Shown in pieces: positions 9,559-17,152 of a stretch of 18,904 bases of DNA. The notes under the pieces are model-generated. The model was not told the origin of the DNA. It did no database searches and saw only the letters and a program-made list of their open reading frames with translations. The stretch lies in NCBI GenBank assembly GCA_016930515.1, contig JAFGGO010000094.1, forward strand, positions 1-18,904, given 5' to 3'. The stretch comes from Promethearchaeota archaeon. GTDB taxonomy: Archaea > Asgardarchaeota > Lokiarchaeia > Sigyniarchaeales > SOKP01. The translations under genes and the position numbers were made by a program. The number at the start of each line of letters is the position of its first letter. Position 1 is the first letter of the stretch.

Positions 9559-10481
9559 CGTTCTTCTTGAGATATATTTTTATTATCTTCTTGTATATTT
9601 CTTGGTATTTCTTGATTTATTTTCATTGATGTTCCAAGTTTGATTTGTTCGGGAGATAGTGCTAAATACTTTTGAATCTTCTTTATCGTTAATTTTCTCA
9701 TGGGCACGCCAAAATAATAATTCTTTCCGAGTACATTGAAATGCTTACCCGCATGGGCTGCTGGTAACAAGACAGAATTATCTCCTATTACACCTCCAGG
9801 ACCTGTGGCGTTCCATCCGCCCATCGTAACATTCTCTCCAATTTTAATTTTAAAATTTGAAATGTTCCCAAATATTCCCTCAACAACATGAGATGTAAGC
9901 ACGGAATTTACTCCTATATAGACATTCTTTCCAGTTTCTAAATATTTATCTGCACATACTTGCTCCTCTATTGTAGTACCTTTCCCAAGAGAATTAGTTT
10001 TCACGAAATTATATAACCAAGTTGTTAACCACGGAAATAATCCTTTTGAAAACATGTATTTTGGATATTTTATAATAAAAGAGCGAAGGTGGTAATAATT
10101 TAAAGTCTTGCTATGAATGTTCCTTGGGATGATACCGTCTCTTGAAGGGGACCTCTTTTCGGTTATTGCCCATAAAACGCGCGTTATTAATGCAATTAGA
10201 AACAAGCGTAAAAGGTAACAAAATAAGAAAACTATTGGGGTAATTAAAAGAATTAAAAGAGAATCTAATTGTGAAATTATAGCTAGAAAATTCTCAGCGA
10301 GCAAGATTTTTGGATAGAATAGGAATATGAAAAATAAAATGAATAATACACCCGCAACTATTAGCGACCCTAAATAAACTATGAAAAAGGACAAGAGAAA
10401 CCAGTGAAAATGAAGCTTTACTTCGTGCTTTGGTACTTCTAAATTAGTATTTTCGCTCTCGATTCTCTTTTCTGTCAACAT
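9555..10481 (-). CDS. Membrane-anchored left-handed beta-helix acyltransferase-like protein, type A (first gene of the six-gene operon)
   Basis: Two TM helices, GIIPRNI...YHLRSF, EEQVCAD, TSHVVEG, hexapeptide repeats, YFGVP; GAGGT SD upstream of the ATG. Confidence 0.88.
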   Translation of the reverse strand: MLTEKRIESENTNLEVPKHEVKLHFHWFLLSFFIVYLGSLIVAGVLFILFFIFLFYPKILLAENFLAIISQLDSLLILLITPIVFLFCYLLRLFLIALITRVLWAITEKRSPSRDGIIPRNIHSKTLNYYHLRSFIIKYPKYMFSKGLFPWLTTWLYNFVKTNSLGKGTTIEEQVCADKYLETGKNVYIGVNSVLTSHVVEGIFGNISNFKIKIGENVTMGGWNATGPGGVIGDNSVLLPAAHAGKHFNVLGKNYYFGVPMRKLTIKKIQKYLALSPEQIKLGTSMKINQEIPRNIQEDNKNISQEER

Positions 10482-10861
10482 TTTACCTCTAAAAAAGGGG
10501 AGGGAATATTTTTCTGCTGTTAAATAGAAAAAAAATTTAAATTTTAAAAATAATGGGATTTAATCCAAAATTAGATTCCTATCCATTTTTTTACACACCT
10601 ATTAAATATTAAAAAATCTGTCGTAAAAAGGAAAGAAAAATTGTTAAATTAAAGATAAAAAGAACCCATTAAAGCTAATGATAAAAAAGAATTGATACGA
10701 TACTTCAAAATATTTAATTATCACATCAAAGAGATAGGTAGCTTCTATTAATAACATAATAAAAAAACCTAGGAACTTTTATATTTTTCTTTAATTTACA
10801 CTTTTTGAAAGTATTGGAAAAAGAAACACATTCTAATATCTCACACCCATAAAATATATGG

Positions 10862-13129
10862 ATGATACCCTTCCGACTAAAACTGGGGCTCGAAATGAAA
10901 GAAAAATCAATATCGTTTATCAAGGATTTATATCCAACCGTTTTCAATTCCAAGGGGGAAAAGAAGACATTTGATGAATACAACATTGCAATTATTCTCA
11001 ACAAGGAAACGGGTCTCGACATGAATGTGGCCGAAAACATTGCTGAAAATGTTGTAAGGTCAATTATAGGTCTAGGCGTGAAAGAAATCACGACTACATA
11101 CATTCGAGAGCTAGTTTGCGTTGAACTTACTCAGCGAGGAATGCACAAATATCGAAATCTATTTGCTCGAGCGATAAATCTGGAAGACATTCATTTCAAG
11201 CTAGACGAAGAATTTATTGATTCCTACAAGGGAAAACAACCAAATTGGGGCCCGTTGGGTTACATAACTTACAAGAGAACGTACGCAAGAATCGTCGAAA
11301 ACGAAAATCGAAAGGAAGAGTTTTGGGAGACCGTGCGAAGAGTCGTTGAGGGATGTTATTCCATTCAGAAAGAACATTGCACGAAATTAACCCTTCCGTG
11401 GTCGGATTCAAAAGCTCAACGATCTGCTCAAAAGATGTTTGAAAAGATCTGGAACTTTAAAATGAGTCCTCCTGGAAGGGGGATGTGGATGATGGGAACA
11501 GAATTCATCGCACGACACGGTTCCATGGCTTTAAACAATTGTGGCTTCGCATCAACGGCCGACATACATTTAAAACATTCTAAGGCTTTCGAATTCGTCA
11601 TGGACGCCTTGATGCTTGGAGTTGGCGTCGGTTTTGATGTGAAAGGAGCGGGAAAACTTACTATAAAAAAACCAGAAGGGGGTAAATTCGATTTCCAAAT
11701 CCCAGATAGTCGCGAAGGATGGGTCGAAGCATTGAAATTGGTTTTAGAGGCGTTTTTTCTTGGTAAACAATTACCTAAATTCGATTATTCCCTCATTCGT
11801 CCAAAAGGAGAACCAATTAGGGGATTTGGGGGGGTTGCGTCCGGTCCAGAACCCTTGAAAGAAATGCTTGAAGATGTTGAAAAAACATTAACAACTCGCA
11901 TAGGAGAATACATCACATCCCTGGACATAGTAGATATAATGAACTACATTGGAAAATGCGTGGTGGCGGGAAACGTTCGTCGATCGGCTGAAATCGCTTT
12001 GGGAGATCCCATCGATTTTGATTTCGTTACAGCAAAGCAAGACGAAGAAAAGCTTTATTCTCACCGATGGGCGAGCAATAACAGTATTTTTGCCCAGAAG
12101 GGATTGGATTATTCTTTCATTTCCGAACAAATCGCCGTTAATGGAGAACCGGGGATATTATGGTTAGAAAACGCTCGTGCCTACTCTCGAATGGGCGGAG
12201 CACCTGACTTCAAGGACAAGAAAGTTGCTGGAGTAAATCCATGCGGAGAACAATCGTTGGAAAGCTTTGAACTTTGCTGCTTGGCGGAAACTTTTCCCTC
12301 TCATCACGAATCGTTTGAAGAATTTAGAGAAACTCTGAAATTTGCGTATTTATACGCAAAATCGGTTACTCTCGTGAACACCCATTGGAAAGAGACAAAC
12401 GCCGTGATGCTTAAAAACAGGAGAATGGGCATCTCTCAAACCGGAATTATTGAGGCGTTTGTTAAACACGGAAGAGCGACCGTGTTAGATTGGTGCGATA
12501 AAGGTTACCAATATCTTCAAAATGTAGACGAGCAATATTCTGATTGGCTTTGCATTCCGAAATCTATTAAAAAAACCACGGTCAAACCGAGCGGAACTGT
12601 TAGTCTTTTACCAGGTGTCACACCAGGGATACATTATCCTCATTCGGAATATTATATCAGGAGAATCCGCATTTCAAAAAATTCCGACTTGATCGACATT
12701 GTTAAGGAAGCAGGATATCACGTGGAAGACGACCTCTATTCGAAAAATTCGTTCGTAGTAGAATTTCCCATACACGAACAATATTTTGATAGATCTAAAA
12801 ATGATGTGTCGATTTGGGAGCAAGCAGAGAACGCCGCAGCATATCAAAAATACTGGAGCGACAATCAAGTATCAATTACAATCACTTTCCAATCCCACGA
12901 GGCGAACCAAATCAAGCATGTGCTTGAATGCTACGAAGACAAACTAAAAAGCGTTAGTTTTCTTCCCATATCCGATCACGGATACAAGCAAGCCCCTTAT
13001 GAGGAAATATCGAAGGAAACATACGAAGAAATGATTCGTAATATTAAACCCTTGAATCTTACAGACACTAAAGATCGTGTTCTTGGAGAAAAATATTGCG
13101 ATAGCGATAAGTGCGAAATTCGATTCTAA
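10862..13129 (+). CDS. nrdJ: Class II (adenosylcobalamin-dependent) ribonucleotide reductase, monomeric RTPR-type core with N-terminal ATP cone; true start may be the ATG at 10895
   Basis: YKRTYAR, PPGRGMW, LNNC, GNVRRSA, catalytic NPCGEQ, TTVKPSGT and a C-terminal redox pair CDSDKC; first ~100 aa resemble an ATP cone (FD..I...L.KETGL...AE.IA..V....TT.YIRELV..EL). Confidence 0.93.
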   Translation: MIPFRLKLGLEMKEKSISFIKDLYPTVFNSKGEKKTFDEYNIAIILNKETGLDMNVAENIAENVVRSIIGLGVKEITTTYIRELVCVELTQRGMHKYRNLFARAINLEDIHFKLDEEFIDSYKGKQPNWGPLGYITYKRTYARIVENENRKEEFWETVRRVVEGCYSIQKEHCTKLTLPWSDSKAQRSAQKMFEKIWNFKMSPPGRGMWMMGTEFIARHGSMALNNCGFASTADIHLKHSKAFEFVMDALMLGVGVGFDVKGAGKLTIKKPEGGKFDFQIPDSREGWVEALKLVLEAFFLGKQLPKFDYSLIRPKGEPIRGFGGVASGPEPLKEMLEDVEKTLTTRIGEYITSLDIVDIMNYIGKCVVAGNVRRSAEIALGDPIDFDFVTAKQDEEKLYSHRWASNNSIFAQKGLDYSFISEQIAVNGEPGILWLENARAYSRMGGAPDFKDKKVAGVNPCGEQSLESFELCCLAETFPSHHESFEEFRETLKFAYLYAKSVTLVNTHWKETNAVMLKNRRMGISQTGIIEAFVKHGRATVLDWCDKGYQYLQNVDEQYSDWLCIPKSIKKTTVKPSGTVSLLPGVTPGIHYPHSEYYIRRIRISKNSDLIDIVKEAGYHVEDDLYSKNSFVVEFPIHEQYFDRSKNDVSIWEQAENAAAYQKYWSDNQVSITITFQSHEANQIKHVLECYEDKLKSVSFLPISDHGYKQAPYEEISKETYEEMIRNIKPLNLTDTKDRVLGEKYCDSDKCEIRF

Positions 13130-13329
13130 GCTTTTATTATTTTTGTTGAAAATAGAATCGCGAAAAGAATAATATCTACCATTTAAATCATTCATGATTA
13201 TCCCAAAAAGATGCTATAATTATAGAATTTTTGACTATTGATAAATCATTGAAGACTTACAATGAGTAAAAAATAAAAGCTCCCGAGATAATTATTAGTT
13301 TATCGAAAAAAATAAACAACATTTTATGA

Positions 13330-14229
13330 TTGATTATGGCAAAAAAGAAAACCACCTCAAAAAAAACAACTACGAAAAATACAACCGAAGAAAAAACAAC
13401 TAAAGGAAAGGAAAAACCTCCAGAATCGCTAGTAGAGAAAAAACAAACCGTTTATAAGAAAATGAGAGTTAACATGTGGAGGACTCGACTTCACGGCGAA
13501 GAATTAGGCATCTATCAAAGTCTTAAATACCGCGCCAAGACGAGATTATATGCAAAAGACTTCGACACCGAAGGCGTGGTTGAGATCGATGGGGAAAAAA
13601 AATGGATCGTGGCATACAATAAGGAAAAATGGCAGAACAGGACCAAGGACAACGCAAGGCTCCTTCTCAGGTTATTTACAATACTAGAAGAAAAAATGGG
13701 TGTTGGTACGGGAGGAAACTTCGTGGGCGGTATTGAGTTAAGCATTACTCATTCGCTCATTCAAAGCTATGAAATAAAACACGCCGCTCCAGTATTTTTC
13801 GTGCAATTACCTCGAAGCCCAGACCTCATTAAGATCGTCAGAGGGTGGAGATTACAAGGAACGAGATGGAGTTGGCCCCTCCTTCCTGAGAAAAAAGAAG
13901 ATAAGCTTCAAATGGTCAAGGCCCGGGGAACGGTTGGATTGGGAAGGGATTACGATATATTTCTTGGTGATGTGAAAATTGCTCGAGTTGACAACCAAAG
14001 AATGACAAAGGACACCGAAATCGAGATCTTCGACGAGAATTTAGCCAAGGATAGCCACTTCGTGGCAATTTTAGCTTTATTTGGAACCTTGGTCTTCTTC
14101 ATGAAAGATGTCGAAGAAATCATAGAACACAATTATAAAGGGATGAAGGAAACGGGTACGACCGATTATAAAGTGCCGAGACACGAAGCAATTCTCTTTA
14201 GAAATCCTCGTTTCATGACGAGGAAATGA
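13330..14229 (+). CDS. Hypothetical protein with Lys/Thr-rich N-terminal tail; C-terminal half possibly Tubby-C/LURP-one/scramblase-like (alternative start 13336)
   Basis: 299-aa ORF; run of beta-hairpin-like segments ending GRDYDIFLGDVKIARVD...TEIEIFD...followed by one hydrophobic helix (FVAILALFGTLVFF). The ORF is well supported; the fold call is tentative. Confidence 0.75.
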   Translation: MIMAKKKTTSKKTTTKNTTEEKTTKGKEKPPESLVEKKQTVYKKMRVNMWRTRLHGEELGIYQSLKYRAKTRLYAKDFDTEGVVEIDGEKKWIVAYNKEKWQNRTKDNARLLLRLFTILEEKMGVGTGGNFVGGIELSITHSLIQSYEIKHAAPVFFVQLPRSPDLIKIVRGWRLQGTRWSWPLLPEKKEDKLQMVKARGTVGLGRDYDIFLGDVKIARVDNQRMTKDTEIEIFDENLAKDSHFVAILALFGTLVFFMKDVEEIIEHNYKGMKETGTTDYKVPRHEAILFRNPRFMTRK

Positions 14230-14230
14230 A

Positions 14231-14258
14231 TTTTTTTTTTTCTGATTTTATTTTTTTT
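14231..14258 (+). terminator. Oligo-T tract, probable archaeal terminator between convergent genes
   Basis: T11 at 14231-14241 and T8 at 14251-14258 immediately after the stop of 13330..14229. Confidence 0.5.
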
Positions 14259-14336
14259 GTTTATTGTAAAAATTTAAAGAAAGAAAAATAAAATATTGTC
14301 TTTTTATTTTTAAAATTTCTTGATATGGGATTTTAA

Positions 14337-15107
14337 TCATACATTATTAGACTTTTTCCACGCTATGTACGCCTTGGTCTCTTTCCCGCGATAGACTGCA
14401 TTCTTTCCGGTCATTTTTTTATATGCTTTATGTAATTCTGCTTCGCTCATTCCTTTTAGCTCTTCGGTCTTGATTTCCTCGTCTATCTCTATTTCTTCTT
14501 CGATCTTTTTCGCTCTCTTGAGCACGGCGTATACGCCATGACTCCATAATACAAACACAATGAAAAAGAAAAGAATCACGAGTAACATCATTGCGGCAAA
14601 CCATATAATCCAGATACCCACGCTAAAAGTTACCGCCCAACCAAGCCACAGGTTCCAGACCCAACTATAAAATTCTGGTGGTAAAAAGAAGACGATGACC
14701 ATCGTAAGGGTAAAATATGTCCCAAGAATAACTGCTGCAAAAAGCCATCTTAAGACATTATAATCTTCGTATTTTTTTGCGATCTTTCTGTCAGGGAATA
14801 GCATCCTACAAAGCTTGTAAATCCCTCCCCGAAACAGGGCGTAAAATATCACTAAAAGTACGGCGTGTCCAGTAAAAATTCCTCCTATTACGGCAGCTAT
14901 AAAGGAGGGTGCTTGGCTGAAAAATACATTCAAACTACCTGATTGGCTTAGTAGAATGATGAGTGTGACCCACATCCCTAAGAAAAATATTGCTATAGCT
15001 AAAATGAAAGCGTAATAAAAAGTTCTTGCTGTTCGAACGTCCCACGTTGAATATTCGTCTAAGGGATCTTTTTTTCTGCTTGGTGCTGATCTTGGTGCTC
15101 TTGGCAT
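14337..15107 (-). CDS. Hypothetical 4-TM membrane protein with charged C-terminal domain
   Basis: Four hydrophobic segments in two similar hairpins, then an acidic coiled stretch and YKKMTGKNAVYRGKETKAYIAWK. Confidence 0.8.
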   Translation of the reverse strand: MPRAPRSAPSRKKDPLDEYSTWDVRTARTFYYAFILAIAIFFLGMWVTLIILLSQSGSLNVFFSQAPSFIAAVIGGIFTGHAVLLVIFYALFRGGIYKLCRMLFPDRKIAKKYEDYNVLRWLFAAVILGTYFTLTMVIVFFLPPEFYSWVWNLWLGWAVTFSVGIWIIWFAAMMLLVILFFFIVFVLWSHGVYAVLKRAKKIEEEIEIDEEIKTEELKGMSEAELHKAYKKMTGKNAVYRGKETKAYIAWKKSNNV

Positions 15108-15226
15108 TAAATATCAACTCTGTAAAGTTATAAAATATTTCTAAAGGCTGAATTATTTCATAATATTTTTTCTATTTTATTAATGTTAGTTTTTACCACT
15201 TTCGGTTTTCAATGTCTTGATGAATA

Positions 15227-15646
15227 TCATTCTATTTTGGTGTGACATGATGGACAAATCGATGCGCTCGAAGGTATTTGCGCTCCACAAAACTCACAAA
15301 ACATTTTCCCTGTCTCTTTATTTGTCTTGGATTTTTCTTTAGCTTTCTCTACTTTTGCGAGTACCTTTCCTTTCGAGGTTGTAGTGTCAATTTTAGGTTT
15401 CTCTTCCTCTTGTTTCTTGATTTCTTTCATTTTCTTGAAATCAACCGCCGTATAGCAGACAGGACAGTGCTTCTTTTTCACAAACCTGAATTGATAAATT
15501 ATATAGATTATAAGTGCAATTCCTAGGGTGACAAGTATTGCAATTCCCCAAACCACCTTTTGCATTGTTGTTAGCGGCTTTTTAATTGGTTTAACTTCTT
15601 TCTTACATATCCTACAGTATCCCGTGGTAATAACTATCACCTTCAA
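15227..15646 (-). CDS. LITAF-like zinc-knuckle membrane protein with additional C-terminal zinc ribbon; start codon uncertain (TTG/GTG)
   Basis: CRIC - hydrophobic segment - HCPVC, then a Lys/Glu-rich linker and CEFC-x10-CPSC. Confidence 0.75.
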   Translation of the reverse strand: MKVIVITTGYCRICKKEVKPIKKPLTTMQKVVWGIAILVTLGIALIIYIIYQFRFVKKKHCPVCYTAVDFKKMKEIKKQEEEKPKIDTTTSKGKVLAKVEKAKEKSKTNKETGKMFCEFCGAQIPSSASICPSCHTKIE

Positions 15647-15733
15647 CCTAATATTGGAACTTAGTACTTAAAGTATAGTTTTTTTAGTTTATAAGATTTT
15701 TTTATTAAAGGAATGCATGTTGAATGATGATTT

Positions 15734-17053
15734 TTGAAAATAAACGAAAATTCGTATTACATTGAGACTTACGGTTGTGTTTCAAACAAAGCTGACTCGC
15801 TCATCATGTCTGAAGTTTTGGATAAAGCGGGCTTTACGAAGACTACGCTTGAGGCTGCACAATATGTTATTGTAAACACTTGCGCTGTAAAAGAACAAAC
15901 TGAAAATAAGATAAAACAACGGTTGGGAGAATTAAACGCAATATTTGGGGCACTCCCTAATAAATATATTATAATTGCTGGCTGCTTGCCTCATGTGGAA
16001 TCTGGTTATGAAAAAAAACTCAAAAAAATAATTCCTTCCTATTCTGCCATTATTGATTTGGATAATATAAACGAGATTCCTGAAATATTTCGAATGTTAA
16101 AAAATAGTGCTAGGAACCAAATCTTTCCTGCAAATAAATCGATCGATAAAGCCAAGATCATAGTTAGTCCGCACCATAATAAGATAACGGGAATCGTGCC
16201 AATCTCAGAAGGTTGTCTTGGTTCGTGCACCTATTGTTGCGTTAAAAACGCTCGAGGTCGTTTAGTTTGTTATGATCCTCAAAATATATTTAATAATGTT
16301 AAGTACCAGCTCGAGCATGGCGTAAGACAGGTATATCTAACTTCGCAAGATTGTAGCACTTATCAATACGGGAACATTCGTCTCGTTGACCTGATAAAGG
16401 ATATTAGCTCGATAAAAAAAGATTTTTTTTTGAGGATGGGGATGATCAATCCAAGTTTCTTAATTGAAAATATATGTCAATTAGAACAAATTTTTAAGAT
16501 GAGAAACATCTATCAATTTTTACATGTGCCCATCCAATCGGGAAGTAATCTCGTTTTAGAACGAATGGAACGGCCTTATCTCATTTCTGATATCGTAGAA
16601 CCGCTTGAAAAGTTACGAAAACAATTTCCCTTTTTGACTATCTCTACCGATGTGATCTGCGGATTTCCTGGAGAAACTGAATACGATTTTTATCGAACGA
16701 TAAATTTCATAAAATGGTTAAAACCCGAGATACTGAATATTTCAAAGTTCACGCCGCGTCCAGGCACGAAAGCTAAGCACATGGAACAACTAGACGGGAA
16801 GGTTATAAAAAAGCGCTCTCTTCGAATTTCAAATGTCTTCAGGATGAGCCTGGAAAGAACAAACGAAAAGTGGTTGAATTGGAGCGGGAAGGTGTTAATG
16901 CTTCACCATGGACAAAAAGAGGGGCAAGCATTTGGGAGAAATTTTGCATATAAAAATGTGTTTATAGAAGATTACACTGGAACATTTGGAGAATTCGTTA
17001 GAGTAAAAATAACTCATGTTGATGGTTTTAACCTATTTGGGACTATTACTTAA
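15734..17053 (+). CDS. MiaB-like radical SAM tRNA methylthiotransferase, probably archaeal/eukaryotic t6A37 methylthiotransferase (e-MtaB/CDKAL1 type); TTG start
   Basis: UPF0004 domain (IETYGC..N.ADS, VNTCAV, IAGC), radical SAM motif CLGSCTYC, HVPIQSGS, DVICGFPGET, C-terminal TRAM-like domain. Confidence 0.9.
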   Translation: MKINENSYYIETYGCVSNKADSLIMSEVLDKAGFTKTTLEAAQYVIVNTCAVKEQTENKIKQRLGELNAIFGALPNKYIIIAGCLPHVESGYEKKLKKIIPSYSAIIDLDNINEIPEIFRMLKNSARNQIFPANKSIDKAKIIVSPHHNKITGIVPISEGCLGSCTYCCVKNARGRLVCYDPQNIFNNVKYQLEHGVRQVYLTSQDCSTYQYGNIRLVDLIKDISSIKKDFFLRMGMINPSFLIENICQLEQIFKMRNIYQFLHVPIQSGSNLVLERMERPYLISDIVEPLEKLRKQFPFLTISTDVICGFPGETEYDFYRTINFIKWLKPEILNISKFTPRPGTKAKHMEQLDGKVIKKRSLRISNVFRMSLERTNEKWLNWSGKVLMLHHGQKEGQAFGRNFAYKNVFIEDYTGTFGEFVRVKITHVDGFNLFGTIT

Positions 17054-17070
17054 TTTAAGTTTAAAAGAAT

Positions 17071-17084
17071 AAAATAAAAAAAAA
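17071..17084 (-). terminator. Oligo-T tract, probable terminator of the vhuA-hdrCB-vhuU transcript
   Basis: Minus strand reads TTTTTTTTTATTTT about 25 nt downstream of the SECIS-like hairpin, just before the convergent methylthiotransferase stop. Confidence 0.5.
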
Positions 17085-17108
17085 GTTAGTTTTAAGCCCG
17101 TGCGAGAG

Positions 17109-17152
17109 CCAGTCCCGTCCAATCCAAATTTTTTATTGAACGATCAACCTAA
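17109..17152 (-). promoter_or_regulatory. SECIS-like element (eukaryote-type kink-turn hairpin) overlapping the vhuU stop codon
   Basis: Minus-strand RNA UUAG-GUU-GA-U-CGUUCAAU-AAAAAAUUUGG-AUUGGACG-G-GA-CUGG: lower stem UUAG/CUGG, 3-nt bulge, tandem GA/GA, 8-bp upper stem (7 WC + 1 GU), loop starting with an A run. Folded by hand only. Confidence 0.75.

Larger units (their letters stand above)
4841..10481 (-). repeat. Diverged tandem duplication of a three-gene cassette (A-B-C at 7706..10481; A'-B'-C' at 4841..7675)
   Basis: Type-specific motifs pair the genes 1/4, 2/5 and 3/6 in the same order (e.g. SNSLFEGWVDCE in both C; DF(A/T)TSSA and HE(I/V)NIDEDKK in both B; EEQVC(A/G)D and G(I/T)FGNIS in both A). 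Confidence 0.9.

Noticed and set aside
4841-10481. Gamma-carbonic anhydrase or dynactin p25/p27 identity for the beta-helix proteins
   Set aside because: They lack the three-His zinc ligand set of gamma-CA and have N-terminal TM hairpins absent from both families.
10482-10861. Cobalamin riboswitch or NrdR box upstream of nrdJ (CCATA-N5-TATGG at 10847-10861)
   Set aside because: The region is too AT-rich for a cobalamin riboswitch and shows no B12-box; the 5-bp palindrome does not match the NrdR consensus well and may be chance.
10726-13195. Alternative ORFs overlapping nrdJ; intein or intron in the RNR
   Set aside because: Shadow frames. The RNR is continuous at 755 aa with no intein splice motifs or homing endonuclease insert at NPCGE or KPSGT.
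17054-17143. Readthrough of the second vhuU TGA, or a separate tRNA/ncRNA in the GC-rich patch at 17095-17120
   Set aside because: The extension runs into low-complexity T-rich sequence; there is no cloverleaf; the GC patch is mostly explained by the 3' arm of the SECIS-like hairpin plus a weak terminal hairpin.
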